64,000 nucleotides of DNA, taken from positions 921 to 64,920 of IMG/VR virus record IMGVR_UViG_3300007754_000008; one strand, given 5' to 3'. Position numbers and translations under genes: made by a program. Under the pieces are notes generated by a model, which saw nothing but the letters and a program-made list of their open reading frames with translations, did no database searches and was not told the origin of the DNA. The DNA is from a virus (taxonomy: Duplodnaviria; Caudoviricetes). Shown one piece after another: positions 16,815 to 26,927 of this stretch (position 1 is its first letter; each line of letters starts with the position of its first letter).

Positions 16815-17726
16815 ATGGCAATATCAAGAGCACAGCTAGTTAAAGAACTAGAACCAGGCCTAAATGCACTATTTGGGCTGGAGTACAAACGGTATGACAA
16901 TGAGTCTGCCGAAATATACGTTACTGAATCTAGTGACAGGGCTTTCGAAGAGGAAGTTATGTTATCAGGATTCGCTAACGCTGATGTAAAAGCAGAAGGT
17001 CAAGGCGTATCTTACGATACAGCACAAGAGACTTACACTGCTCGTTACACTATGGAAACGATCGCTTTAGCTTTCTCAATTACTGAAGAAGCAATTGAAG
17101 ATAACTTGTATGATAGACTTGCGTCTAGATATACAAAAGCTTTAGCAAGATCTATGTCAAACGCTAAACAAGTGAAAGCGGCTGTCCCATTAAATAATGG
17201 TCTACCTTCAGTAGGCACATATAAAACTGGTGACACTGTTTCTTTGTTCTCAACAAACCACACTACAATAGCTGGGGCTTGTTCGAACACACTTACTACT
17301 CAAGCGGACTTAAACGAAACTTCATTAGAACAAGCACTGATCGATATCGCTGCAATGACTGATGAAAGAGGTTTAAAAATCGCTGCGAGAGGCGTGAAGA
17401 TGATAGTTCCGTCTGCTAATCAGTTTAACGCTGAGAGATTATTAAAATCTCAAGGTAGAACTGCTACAGCAGATAATGACATCAATGCAGTCAACTCTAT
17501 GGGAATGATTCCTCAAGGATACAGAGTGAACCATTTCTTAAATGATTCTGACTCATGGTACGTCATTACGGACGTTCCAAATGGTATGAAACACTTTGAA
17601 AGAACTCCATTGACAACTTCAATGGAAGGTGATTTCGATACTGGTAACGTTAGATACAAAGCTAGGGAAAGATACGTCTTCGGCGCATCTGACTATAGAG
17701 GTATCTTCGGCGTTGAAGGTGCGTAA
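16815..17726 (+). CDS. Major capsid protein (HK97 fold)
   Basis: MAISRAQLVKELEPGLNALFG, ITEEAIEDNLY, DFDTGNVRYKARERY; optimised codons; followed by hairpin. Confidence 0.92.
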   Translation: MAISRAQLVKELEPGLNALFGLEYKRYDNESAEIYVTESSDRAFEEEVMLSGFANADVKAEGQGVSYDTAQETYTARYTMETIALAFSITEEAIEDNLYDRLASRYTKALARSMSNAKQVKAAVPLNNGLPSVGTYKTGDTVSLFSTNHTTIAGACSNTLTTQADLNETSLEQALIDIAAMTDERGLKIAARGVKMIVPSANQFNAERLLKSQGRTATADNDINAVNSMGMIPQGYRVNHFLNDSDSWYVITDVPNGMKHFERTPLTTSMEGDFDTGNVRYKARERYVFGASDYRGIFGVEGA

Positions 17727-17737
17727 TAACTAAAATT

Positions 17738-17763
17738 TTGTGGCGGCCTTAAAACCGCCACAA
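17738..17763 (+). terminator. Hairpin downstream of the capsid gene
   Basis: TTGTGGCGG-N8-CCGCCACAA. Confidence 0.7.
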
Positions 17764-17786
17764 TCTACATATAAAAGGTGAGATTC

Positions 17787-18035
17787 ATGAAAAAATTTAC
17801 AGTAAAAATATGGGCTTATGATCACTACGCTTCTTTTAATGTAGAAGCTGAGGATACTGCTGAGTCTATTGAAAATTCTATCCTTGACAAAATTGGAGAA
17901 AAAAGTATAAAGTGGGAATCAACAGGAATGTTTTCGGACACTCCTAACCGAATAACCTATGAGGAGGTTATAGATGATACAAGACCTATACAAACAGAAA
18001 AGGTCCTTGGAGTTGAGGTGGCAGTTAGAGTATGA
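17787..18035 (+). CDS. Hypothetical protein
   Basis: ATG 17787 after AAGGTG RBS. Confidence 0.65.
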   Translation: MKKFTVKIWAYDHYASFNVEAEDTAESIENSILDKIGEKSIKWESTGMFSDTPNRITYEEVIDDTRPIQTEKVLGVEVAVRV

Positions 18036-18183
18036 GCAAAGTGGCAAATATACTCTTGATATGGTCAGAATTGATAATGCTATTAAAGACACTATCAATG
18101 AGATTAAAGCCGAAGAATCTAAAATTGCAGATCGAGAAAATGCAATTAATAGTGCTGCCCCCGAAGTTTCTGTGGCTACTTAA
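17974..18183 (+). CDS. Hypothetical coiled-coil protein
   Basis: Strong GAGGAGG RBS before ATG. Confidence 0.7.
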   Translation: MIQDLYKQKRSLELRWQLEYEQSGKYTLDMVRIDNAIKDTINEIKAEESKIADRENAINSAAPEVSVAT

Positions 18184-18352
18184 ATAAACGCCACATCGCT
18201 GAAATCGTATATTTCTGTAAGGATCTCTTGCACTCTACTAAAATCTCATATATAAAATAATTACTATACAATTAATAATAACTATTAAATGTAGACGCGT
18301 ATAGTCGACATGCCCCTGGGGACTACATTTAAGATATTCTAGGAGGAATATT

Positions 18353-18907
18353 ATGGCAAACACATCGTTTAATGGTCCGGTTAGATCCGAAAAAGGATTT
18401 CAACAGATCAATAAAGCAGCTAGTACAGGAGTTATAACATCAAGGTTTTTAGGAACGAAACCTGATTTAACTAGTTTAACTGCAACTGTAGTAGCAACAT
18501 CAGCAACATTAACTTATGCGGCTAATGTAATTACGGTCAACAACTACACAGGAGCAGCTGCACAAGCGGTAACATTACCGGCAGCAACAGTAGGAACTTA
18601 TGTAGTTCATGCTCAATCAGATGATACAACTGGTGGAGTACTTACTTTGACTTTTACATGTGCAGGAAGTGATGTTTTTAGAACTGGATCAAAAGTGGAA
18701 AGTAGAGCCACTGGAACAGTTCAAACTATAGATACATCGATAGCAGATGAAACGGTATTAACGTACACACCTGCGAATGCAGCAACCAATAGTTTAACTC
18801 ATGGTTGTTATCTGTATTTTACTTGTTTTGAAAAAGGCATTTGGAATTTTGCTCATGACTTGTCAACAAGCAATACTGCAGATACAGGCGCAGCTGCTTG
18901 GAGTTAA
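18353..18907 (+). CDS. Putative virion structural protein
   Basis: MANTSFNGPVRS start, T/A-rich, AGGAGG RBS, own promoter (TTGCAC near 18228) and terminator. Confidence 0.75.
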   Translation: MANTSFNGPVRSEKGFQQINKAASTGVITSRFLGTKPDLTSLTATVVATSATLTYAANVITVNNYTGAAAQAVTLPAATVGTYVVHAQSDDTTGGVLTLTFTCAGSDVFRTGSKVESRATGTVQTIDTSIADETVLTYTPANAATNSLTHGCYLYFTCFEKGIWNFAHDLSTSNTADTGAAAWS

Positions 18908-18920
18908 TAAATAAATAATT

Positions 18921-18942
18921 AAGTGCTCCTTCGGGAGCACTT
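18921..18942 (+). terminator. Rho-independent terminator with cUUCGg tetraloop
   Basis: AAGTGCTCC-TTCG-GGAGCACTT followed by TTATT. Confidence 0.85.
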
Positions 18943-18957
18943 TATTAAGGAGAAAAA

Positions 18958-19260
18958 ATGGGAACATATATAAGTAACGTAAAAACTACTCGAGGAACAA
19001 CTTCTTTTACAGTTTTTGCTGGACCTTGTAGAATTTTAGGAATTTGGTACGTAAGTGATGGAACCGCTGGCAGTATTACAATTAAAGATGGCGGTGGATC
19101 TGGAACTTCACTTGCTGTTTTTGATATTGGAATTGGCGGAACAAGTGCGGGAGAACCATTATCGGGTAATATTATAATTCCAGGAAATGGTCTTTATTGT
19201 GCAACAAGTGGATATGCAACTTTAAGTGGCGTAGATAAAGTTACCGTATTTTATGGATAG
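18958..19260 (+). CDS. Putative structural protein
   Basis: G/T/S-rich beta-type ORF, AGGAG RBS. Confidence 0.7.
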   Translation: MGTYISNVKTTRGTTSFTVFAGPCRILGIWYVSDGTAGSITIKDGGGSGTSLAVFDIGIGGTSAGEPLSGNIIIPGNGLYCATSGYATLSGVDKVTVFYG

Positions 19261-19268
19261 GAGTTTAG

Positions 19269-20030
19269 ATGGCAAATACAACATCGGGCTCTTATACATT
19301 TGAAAAGAATTTTGCAATTGACGATATCATTGCAGAAGCGTACGAGCGTATTGGTCTAGTAGGAACTGCTGGACATCAAATACATAGCGCTCGAAGATCT
19401 TTAAATATTTTATTTCAAGAATGGGGAAATAGAGGAATTCATTTTTGGGAAGTAGGTGATACTAATATTGACTTAATTGAAGGTCAAGCTGAATATACTT
19501 TTTATAGATCAACAGGTGATGGAACATCTTCTGTTACAGTAGGTGGAACTTCCGGTGCTTCTACTTATGGATTATCAGATATTTTATCTGCTCAATATAG
19601 AACAGATAGAACCTCTACAGATCAAACAGATTTACCAATGACAAAAGTTGCAAGATCAACCTATGCAGCTTTCTCTAATAAATTAACTAAAGGAACTCCA
19701 AGTCAATTCTGGGTTCAAAGATTCGTGGACAAAGTTACGGTAACCATTTACCCAACACCTAATTCTACAGCTGCATCTAAAGATATGCACATTTATTTTG
19801 TTAAAAGAATTCAAGACGCAGGAGCTTATACTAATGCAACTGATGCTCCTTATAGATTTGTTCCTTCTATGACGGCAGGTCTAGCATTTTATTTATCACA
19901 AAAATATGCACCACAAAGATCTCAAGAATTAAAACTATATTATGAAGATGAATTAGCAAGAGCACTAGCGGAGGATGGATCAGCGGCGAGTACGTATATT
20001 ACACCGAAAACTTATTATCCAAATATATAA
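19269..20030 (+). CDS. Putative head-tail adaptor protein
   Basis: IIAEAYERIG, ARRSLNILFQEWGNRG, YPTP, YEDELARA; position after capsid genes. Confidence 0.65.
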   Translation: MANTTSGSYTFEKNFAIDDIIAEAYERIGLVGTAGHQIHSARRSLNILFQEWGNRGIHFWEVGDTNIDLIEGQAEYTFYRSTGDGTSSVTVGGTSGASTYGLSDILSAQYRTDRTSTDQTDLPMTKVARSTYAAFSNKLTKGTPSQFWVQRFVDKVTVTIYPTPNSTAASKDMHIYFVKRIQDAGAYTNATDAPYRFVPSMTAGLAFYLSQKYAPQRSQELKLYYEDELARALAEDGSAASTYITPKTYYPNI

Positions 20031-20296
20031 TGACATTATTAACTAAAGGAATGGGAGTTGTTAAAAAAATAATGGCTAAGACTAAGGCTGGAAGAAAAGA
20101 TCAAGTATTAGATACTATAAGAAAAAGCAGAAATAAAAGGCTTCCAAAAAAACTTAGAAATAAAAAAGTAAAAATAGAAGGCAAAGAATATAAGAGTGAT
20201 CAACATGTTATGGATCCAGATACTCATGCTAATGTTTCTTCCGCACCAGATAAGGAAGTGAAAGCATGGTTAAAACATAAAGGGTTTAAAGAATAA
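20030..20296 (+). CDS. Small basic hypothetical protein
   Basis: Coupled ORF, K-rich. Confidence 0.7.
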   Translation: MTLLTKGMGVVKKIMAKTKAGRKDQVLDTIRKSRNKRLPKKLRNKKVKIEGKEYKSDQHVMDPDTHANVSSAPDKEVKAWLKHKGFKE

Positions 20297-20877
20297 TGGG
20301 ACAATTTTCAAAAGGTAGATATGCATTAATGATTTCAGATAGATCAGGTGCAGCATTTCCATATAGAGAAATGGTTCAAGAATGGACTGGTGCCTGGGTA
20401 CATAGATCTGAATATGAACCTAAACAACCTCAAGTTTCACCAAGACCACATGGTTCCGACCCACAAGCTTTACAACATGCAAAACCTGCAAGAACAGAGT
20501 TTGCAGTAACTGATTTATTAGAAAATGATCCTTTAGAAACATATCAAGTAGGTTCTGCAATTATAAATGTTAATTTACCAGGTCACGGTTATACTACTGG
20601 AAATACAAAAAGATTTAGAGGTCCTTTAGGAGCTGGTGGAACATATGGTAATCCAGAAGAAGTTGGTGGTATTACAGGAGCAACGATTGCAAAAGCTGCA
20701 GGATATACTATAACTGTAGGTAAATACGTCAGCGGTGCAACTGATACAGATGGACCAAATGGTACGGGAATTTATGGAACAGATTGGTTTTATTTTAGCG
20801 CTGATACAAACGCGACAAGTGTCGCAACAGGAGGAGGTTACCCGATGTCCGTTGGACCGGTAACTATACAAAAATAA
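20296..20877 (+). CDS. Putative structural protein
   Basis: ISDRSG...YEPKQPQ N-terminal motif plus beta-rich C-domain. Confidence 0.7.
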   Translation: MGQFSKGRYALMISDRSGAAFPYREMVQEWTGAWVHRSEYEPKQPQVSPRPHGSDPQALQHAKPARTEFAVTDLLENDPLETYQVGSAIINVNLPGHGYTTGNTKRFRGPLGAGGTYGNPEEVGGITGATIAKAAGYTITVGKYVSGATDTDGPNGTGIYGTDWFYFSADTNATSVATGGGYPMSVGPVTIQK

Positions 20878-21608
20878 TGGCTGGATACACTTTATCAAAC
20901 TTACAAACAGATATTAGAAACTATACTGAAGTAGACAGTACTGTTTTTACTGCTGCTGTGTTAAATAGATTTATAGAAAATGCAGAATATAGAATTTTTT
21001 ATGATATTCCTATGGATTCAGATAGAGTTGAATATGAAGGAACACTAGCTGCAGATGTGCAAACTGTTAGAGTTCCTGCAGGTATGGTTTTTGTAAGAGG
21101 TATTGAACTTTTTAATTCTACTTCTTCTAGAACAGGTAGAACATATTGGCTTCAAAAAAGAGACAGAACTTTTATAAGTGAGTATGTTGGAGAATTAACT
21201 GGTCCTGAAGGTGGATCTACAGGGCAAGATACTACAGGATTACCTAAATATTATGCTATGTTTGGAGGAGCGACTGGAACTGGCTCAACTACATCAGGAA
21301 ATATTATAATGGCTCCTACACCTGACGCTAATTATTTAATAAATATTCATGGAAATATAGTACCAACAGGATTAGAAACAGAGACTGCGGGCACATATAT
21401 TAGTAAATATTTTCCTCAAGGTCTACTATATGCCACCCTGGTGGAAGCTTATGCATTTTTAAAAGGTCCAACGGATATGTTGACACTATATGAAAATAAG
21501 TATAAAATTGAACTACAAAAATTTGCAAGTGTGCAAATTGGGAGACGAAGAAGAGACGACTATACGGATGGTACTGTTCGTATACCAATCGAATCGCCGC
21601 CTCAATAA
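20877..21608 (+). CDS. Putative tail adaptor/connector protein
   Basis: FIENAEYRI, PKYYA, APTPD, LLYATLVEAYAFLK. Confidence 0.65.
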   Translation: MAGYTLSNLQTDIRNYTEVDSTVFTAAVLNRFIENAEYRIFYDIPMDSDRVEYEGTLAADVQTVRVPAGMVFVRGIELFNSTSSRTGRTYWLQKRDRTFISEYVGELTGPEGGSTGQDTTGLPKYYAMFGGATGTGSTTSGNIIMAPTPDANYLINIHGNIVPTGLETETAGTYISKYFPQGLLYATLVEAYAFLKGPTDMLTLYENKYKIELQKFASVQIGRRRRDDYTDGTVRIPIESPPQ

Positions 21609-21619
21609 GGGAGATAATT

Positions 21620-22060
21620 ATGGCAATAACATCGGCAATTTGTAATAGCTTTAAACAAGAAATCCTAGAAGCAGAACATAATTTTACAGCTTCTACTGGA
21701 AACACTTTTAATTTAGCTTTATACACTAGCTCTGCAACTTTAGGAGCATCAACGACTGCTTACACAAGTACTGAAGAAATAACAAATACTTCAGGAACTG
21801 CTTATACTGCAAAAGGAGCAGCTCTAACAAGTGTTACACCAACATTAGATTCATCAACTGCCGTTTGTGATTTTTCTGATGTCTCTTGGACATCAGCTTC
21901 ATTCACAGCAAGAGGATGTTTAATTTTTAATGATTCACATGCTACAGATGCTTCAGTTTGTGCGATAGATTTCGGTGGAGATAAAACAGCCACTAGTGGA
22001 ACTTTTACAATTCAATTTCCAGCAGCGGCAGCAACTACAGCAATTATCAGAATAGCATAG
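21620..22060 (+). CDS. Putative tail protein
   Basis: SFKQEILEA, LALYTSSA, DFGGDKT...FTIQFP. Confidence 0.7.
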   Translation: MAITSAICNSFKQEILEAEHNFTASTGNTFNLALYTSSATLGASTTAYTSTEEITNTSGTAYTAKGAALTSVTPTLDSSTAVCDFSDVSWTSASFTARGCLIFNDSHATDASVCAIDFGGDKTATSGTFTIQFPAAAATTAIIRIA

Positions 22061-22069
22061 GAGTAAAAC

Positions 22070-23200
22070 ATGGCTGACGTTACAGTTTCGGTAACGGGTC
22101 TTCAGGCCATTGTTAACCCAACGGAGTGGAATGCCTCTCGTATGGGATGGGGCCAAGGTACATATAACATTGGTGGCTATGTTGATGAAAATATTTTACA
22201 AGGTTGGGGTCACCCGGCATGGGGCCAAGCTGATTGGGGTGATGCTGATTACTACGATACAGGTTGGGGTCGTGATACATGGGGATCTCAAGTTTGGGGT
22301 GGTACATATAATGTTACCGTTCTTCCAACGGGGCTAAGTGCAACTTCTGCAAATGGTTCGTTATCAGCTATTACATCTGTTTCACTTTCTTTAACAGGTT
22401 TAGGTGCTACTTCTTCTTTAGGAACACCAACTATTGATGTTTCGGTTAGTTTATCTTTAACAGGTCAAGGCGCAACTGCTTCTGTAGGTGCTATCACACC
22501 AGCAAATCAAGTGATGGGCTTAACAGGTCAAAGTGCAACTTCTTCTGTAGGTGCAATTACACCAGTAGATCAAGTAATGGGATTAACAGGTTTAGAAGCT
22601 ACCTCTTCAACTGGAGAAGTAGTAATACCAAACGTAGGTGTTCCATTAACAGGCCAAGGTGCAACTTCTTCTGTTGGAGAATTTGTTATTGAATCAGGAG
22701 TAGTAGTTGCTCCATCAGGAGTAAATGCTACTTCTTCTTTAGGTACAGTTGTTGTTCCAAATGAAGATGTAAGTTTAACAGGTTTAGGGGCTACAGCATC
22801 AGTTGGAGAGCTTTCTCCAGCTACTGTAACAGGAATAACAGGTGTATCTGCAAGCACTGGTGTAGGTAGTGTTATATGTGAATCTAAATACCCTATCACT
22901 GGAGTAGGAGCAACTTCTTCTGTAGGTGCAATTACACCAGCAGATCAAGTTATGGGATTAACAGGACAATCTGCAACAACTACTTTAGGTCAAATTGGTG
23001 GTCCAATAGCCTGGGAAAAATATACTCCTACACAAGATGGAAGTTGGAGTAAAAAAACAGCTACACAAGGCGGTAGCTGGAGTAAAAAAACAGCTACACA
23101 AGGCGGTAGCTGGAGTAAAAAAACGGCTACACAAGGCGGAAGTTGGAGTAAAAAAACAGCTACACAAGGTGGTAGTTGGAGTAAAGTTACACCACCATAA
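22070..23200 (+). CDS. Repetitive structural/fibre protein
   Basis: GWG repeats at N-terminus, about 21-aa LTGxxATSSVG repeats, 11-aa C-terminal repeats. Confidence 0.75.
   Translation: MADVTVSVTGLQAIVNPTEWNASRMGWGQGTYNIGGYVDENILQGWGHPAWGQADWGDADYYDTGWGRDTWGSQVWGGTYNVTVLPTGLSATSANGSLSAITSVSLSLTGLGATSSLGTPTIDVSVSLSLTGQGATASVGAITPANQVMGLTGQSATSSVGAITPVDQVMGLTGLEATSSTGEVVIPNVGVPLTGQGATSSVGEFVIESGVVVAPSGVNATSSLGTVVVPNEDVSLTGLGATASVGELSPATVTGITGVSASTGVGSVICESKYPITGVGATSSVGAITPADQVMGLTGQSATTTLGQIGGPIAWEKYTPTQDGSWSKKTATQGGSWSKKTATQGGSWSKKTATQGGSWSKKTATQGGSWSKVTPP
23030..23194 (+). repeat. Five tandem 33-bp units encoding TQGGSWSKKTA
   Basis: ACACAAGGCGGTAGCTGGAGTAAAAAAACAGCT-type units starting at 23030, 23063, 23096, 23129, 23162. 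Confidence 0.95.
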
Positions 23201-23266
23201 TAATATATAATGTTGACATTATGTATAAAACAAAATAAAAATGAAGAATTAAGCAGGAGATAAATT

Positions 23267-23950
23267 ATGGCTTCAACGTACACACCTTTAGGTGTTGAAA
23301 AAATGGCTACTGGTGAAAACGCCGGTACATGGGGAACAAAAACTAATACAAACTTAGAAATTATAGAACAAATTGCAGGTGGTTATACTACACAAGCTAT
23401 AACATCAACTCCTACTACTTTATCTGTTTCAGACGGATCAACTGGTGCAACTCTTGCACACAGAACTATAGAATTTACAGGAACAATTGCGGAAGCTACT
23501 ACGGTAACAATTCCTCTAGATGTTCAAGATTGGTATATAATTAAAAATAACTCATCAGGTGCATACACAGTCACATTTAAATATGTTTCAGGTTCAGGAT
23601 CCACGGTACAATGGTCTGCTACAGATAAAGGAACTAAAATTATTTATGCCACTGCTAATGATGGCACTAATCCTGATATGGTGGATGTATTAGCTACATC
23701 TTCAGAGATAACTTTAGTTAATAATAATGCTCTTGTATTCAATGACGCTGATAACTCAGCAGCTGTTACTGTAGATGTCCCTACAACAGTTAGTGGTTCT
23801 TATACTCTTACTTTACCCGCAGCAGTGGGAGCAGCAGCAGATTATGCTTTAACTACTTCAGATGGGTCTGGAAATACTCAGTGGACAGCAACCTCAACTT
23901 TTGGTATATCAACAGGGAAAGCTATTGCAATGGCAATGATTTTCGGATAA
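23267..23950 (+). CDS. Putative tail fibre base protein
   Basis: GENAGTWGTKTNTNL N-terminus, YTLTLP, C-terminal GKAIAMAMIFG. Confidence 0.7.
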   Translation: MASTYTPLGVEKMATGENAGTWGTKTNTNLEIIEQIAGGYTTQAITSTPTTLSVSDGSTGATLAHRTIEFTGTIAEATTVTIPLDVQDWYIIKNNSSGAYTVTFKYVSGSGSTVQWSATDKGTKIIYATANDGTNPDMVDVLATSSEITLVNNNALVFNDADNSAAVTVDVPTTVSGSYTLTLPAAVGAAADYALTTSDGSGNTQWTATSTFGISTGKAIAMAMIFG

Positions 23951-23970
23951 AAAACAAAAGGAATTAAATT

Positions 23971-24366
23971 ATGGCAAATCCAAATATAGTATCAGTTACA
24001 AGTATTTATGGTGGTAATTATGGTTGGGCTTTAACCAACACTTTAACAACAACTTTATTAACAGTTGATGCAGAAAAACTATTAAAAATTAATAGAATAG
24101 TATGTTCAAATGTTGATGGAACAAATGCAGCAGATTTAAATTTATATGTTGACGGTATGGGTACAGCAGCTGCAAATGGTCTAACACCAACAGGTGCATC
24201 AGCCACAACATATTTAGCAAAAACAATTTCAGTGCCCGCAGATGCATCTTTAGTAGTATCTGACACTCCCATTTATTTAATGGAAGGTGATATTCTCAAA
24301 GGTGGAGCGAGTGCTGCATCTGATTTAGAACTATTCATATCATATGAAGTCTTAGACGACGCTTAG
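23971..24366 (+). CDS. Putative tail/fibre-associated protein
   Basis: MANPNIV, ISVPADASL...YLMEGD. Confidence 0.7.
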   Translation: MANPNIVSVTSIYGGNYGWALTNTLTTTLLTVDAEKLLKINRIVCSNVDGTNAADLNLYVDGMGTAAANGLTPTGASATTYLAKTISVPADASLVVSDTPIYLMEGDILKGGASAASDLELFISYEVLDDA

Positions 24367-24378
24367 GAGGTTTAAATT

Positions 24379-26295
24379 ATGGCTGGCAATGGCGGAATAA
24401 TCGGACCCCCTAATACTGTAACTAACGGCTGTGCAGCGTGTGGCAGTGCACCAGGTGTTTGGCAAATGAACACCGTATATTCTTATGTAAAAAATTCAGA
24501 TTGGGTTTATAATTTCGCAACTCAAGATTACATGGTAGTCGCTGGTGGTGGGTCTGGTGGTGCAGCACAATATAATGGAGCAGGTGGTGGTGGAGCTGGA
24601 GGTTATCGTGCATCAGGGTATGGACCAAGTCCATTACAAGGATGCTCTATATCTACAAAATGGGGAACTTATCCAATTACAGTTGGAGCTGGAGGCGCTG
24701 CGGCAGGAGGAAATCCTGGTTCAGGAACTCATAATAATGGTAATGCAGGAACTAATTCAATTTTTTCAACTATCACATCAGCAGGTGGTGGTTATGGTAG
24801 TGCAGGAAACCCAGCTGGTGTTGGTGGACCTGGAGGTTCAGGTGGCGGAGCTGGTGGAGGTGCAAGAAGCACAGCTGGAGGTTCAGGTAATACGCCCCCT
24901 ACAGCTCCACCTCAAGGTTTTGATGGTGGAACTTCTCCTACACCTGGCCCAACTTATGATAACGCCGCTGGAGGAGGTGGTGGAGCTACTGCTGTTGGAG
25001 AAAAAGGATCAAACGGAGATAATAATTCAGGAGCAGGAGGTGCTGGAGCTCCAAATACAATTACAGGCTCTGACGTAACATACGCAGGTGGTGGTGGAGG
25101 TTCAGACATACCTACAGGATCTGCTGGAGCTGGTGGAGCTGGCGGCGGTGGAGCTGGAGGTTGTTGCTCAGCAACAAATGGTACAAATAACACTGGAGGA
25201 GGTGGAGGTGGATCAGGTCCTGCTGGTAGTCCAGGTCCTGCTGGAGCAAGTGGAGCAGGTGGATCAGGAATTGTAGTTGTAAAAACAACTACTCCTTTCA
25301 CAACATGTAGTGCATGTGCCCCTGTAGCATATGACGGAACAAATTATATAGGAACATTTAAAGCATCAACAAACATAAATTTAGGTACAACCAATCCATT
25401 TATAGCATTCGATTATCTAGTAGTTGGTGCTGGTGGAGCTGGTGGTAGACATAAAGGTGGTGGAGGTGGAGCTGGTGGATTCAGAACATCTTTTCCAGGT
25501 GGAACAAAATTATATTTAAGTCCGGGATCTAATACGGTTCAGGTAGGAGCCGGTGGAACGGCAACTCCAGCTCCTTCAGGAGGACCAGTTGCATGTGCAA
25601 GTGGAGAGCCTTCATATGTAGGAATGATTACATCAACTGGTGGTGGTGGAGGCGGAACACCTGGACCAACTGATTCTCCTACAGCAGGAGCAGGAGCAGG
25701 TCATCCAGGAGGATCAGGTGGTGGTGTTTCAGATATGAGAACGGATGCATCTTACAAAGGAGCAGGTAATACTCCTCCTGTAAGTCCTCCACAAGGAAAT
25801 CCAGGAGGACTGGGAGTTGACTTTCCACCATCAGGTGGTGGTGGAGGTGGTGGAGCTTCATGTGCAGGAGCAAATGCAACTACACCAGGAAGTGGACCAA
25901 GTCCGTCTAATGCTGGTGGTGCTGGTGGAGCAGGAACAGCAAACTCAATATCAGGAGCTTCAGTCACTTACGCAGGTGGTGGTGGAGGTGGGCTTGAACC
26001 AGGTGGATCTGGTGCAGGTTCTGGTGGAGCTGGCGGTGGTGGAGCCGGTAATTCAAGTGGTGGAGCAGGTACAGCAGGATCAGTTAATACTGGTGGTGGT
26101 GGAGGAGGTGGTGGAACACCTAACTCAGGTGGAGGTAATGGAGGTTCAGGAATTGTTATTCTTAGAATTGCAGCAGCTTGTGCGCCAGCATGTTTAGCAG
26201 CCGCTCCGGGAACTAATACAATAACAACTTTGCCGGCACCCGCAGGTGGTTGTAAAGTAGCTACATTTACGGTAGACGGAACTATAACATTATAG
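24379..26295 (+). CDS. Glycine-rich tail fibre protein 1
   Basis: Two DY(M/L)VV-GGG...NTGGGGGG...GGSGIV Gly-rich domains; Pro/Cys-rich. Confidence 0.8.
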   Translation: MAGNGGIIGPPNTVTNGCAACGSAPGVWQMNTVYSYVKNSDWVYNFATQDYMVVAGGGSGGAAQYNGAGGGGAGGYRASGYGPSPLQGCSISTKWGTYPITVGAGGAAAGGNPGSGTHNNGNAGTNSIFSTITSAGGGYGSAGNPAGVGGPGGSGGGAGGGARSTAGGSGNTPPTAPPQGFDGGTSPTPGPTYDNAAGGGGGATAVGEKGSNGDNNSGAGGAGAPNTITGSDVTYAGGGGGSDIPTGSAGAGGAGGGGAGGCCSATNGTNNTGGGGGGSGPAGSPGPAGASGAGGSGIVVVKTTTPFTTCSACAPVAYDGTNYIGTFKASTNINLGTTNPFIAFDYLVVGAGGAGGRHKGGGGGAGGFRTSFPGGTKLYLSPGSNTVQVGAGGTATPAPSGGPVACASGEPSYVGMITSTGGGGGGTPGPTDSPTAGAGAGHPGGSGGGVSDMRTDASYKGAGNTPPVSPPQGNPGGLGVDFPPSGGGGGGGASCAGANATTPGSGPSPSNAGGAGGAGTANSISGASVTYAGGGGGGLEPGGSGAGSGGAGGGGAGNSSGGAGTAGSVNTGGGGGGGGTPNSGGGNGGSGIVILRIAAACAPACLAAAPGTNTITTLPAPAGGCKVATFTVDGTITL

Positions 26296-26312
26296 TATAG
26301 TAAAAAGTCCTA

Positions 26313-26891
26313 ATGAAAGAAATAGACAGTCTTTTTCCTGTTCCTCTATATAAAACTTCTTTAAATGTAGATTTAAAATCTATTAAAAAACACATTTCTA
26401 AAATAGCTAAACAATATAAATTAAATAGAAACGAAATTTTAAATGTAGACACATCACATAATGTCTATGATTTAGTTAAAGATGATTTTTTTAAACCTTT
26501 ATTGAATGAGTTTTTGAATCATTCTAAAGTATTTCTTAAAGAATTAGGGTATGATCAAGCCTTTCTTAATCAATGTTTTGTCGAAAGTTCTTGGTTTAAT
26601 TTAAGTTTTAAGAATGATAATCTAGCTAAACATATCCATCCTGGGTCCTTTGTCTCAGGAGCTTTTTATGTAGAATCTGACCCATTAGACCATATATACT
26701 TTTATAGAGAAGATGATATGACCTTACCTCCCTCTAATCCTACCTATCTTTCCAATAGGTACATACAATATCCTTGCAAAAAAAGTCAATTATTGATATT
26801 TAAAAGCAATTTAAATCATAATACAGGAACCAAGAAAAAAGGTAAAAAAACTGTAATATCATTTAATATAGGCAAGTTGACAATAAGTTAA
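26313..26891 (+). CDS. 2OG-Fe(II) oxygenase (TIGR02466-like)
   Basis: LFPVP, WFN, HIHP, SGAFY, FKSNLNH, ISFN. Confidence 0.8.
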   Translation: MKEIDSLFPVPLYKTSLNVDLKSIKKHISKIAKQYKLNRNEILNVDTSHNVYDLVKDDFFKPLLNEFLNHSKVFLKELGYDQAFLNQCFVESSWFNLSFKNDNLAKHIHPGSFVSGAFYVESDPLDHIYFYREDDMTLPPSNPTYLSNRYIQYPCKKSQLLIFKSNLNHNTGTKKKGKKTVISFNIGKLTIS

Positions 26892-26927
26892 AATTTTAAT
26901 ATAAAATAACTTTTAAGGAGTATAAAT

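Noticed and set aside
17700-17790. Programmed frameshift/readthrough extension of the major capsid protein
   Set aside because: Tandem TAA TAA stops and a hairpin follow the gene; no slippery sequence near the end
23030-23194. CRISPR-like array (33-bp repeats)
   Set aside because: Units are contiguous with no unique spacers, in frame within a CDS and vary at synonymous sites
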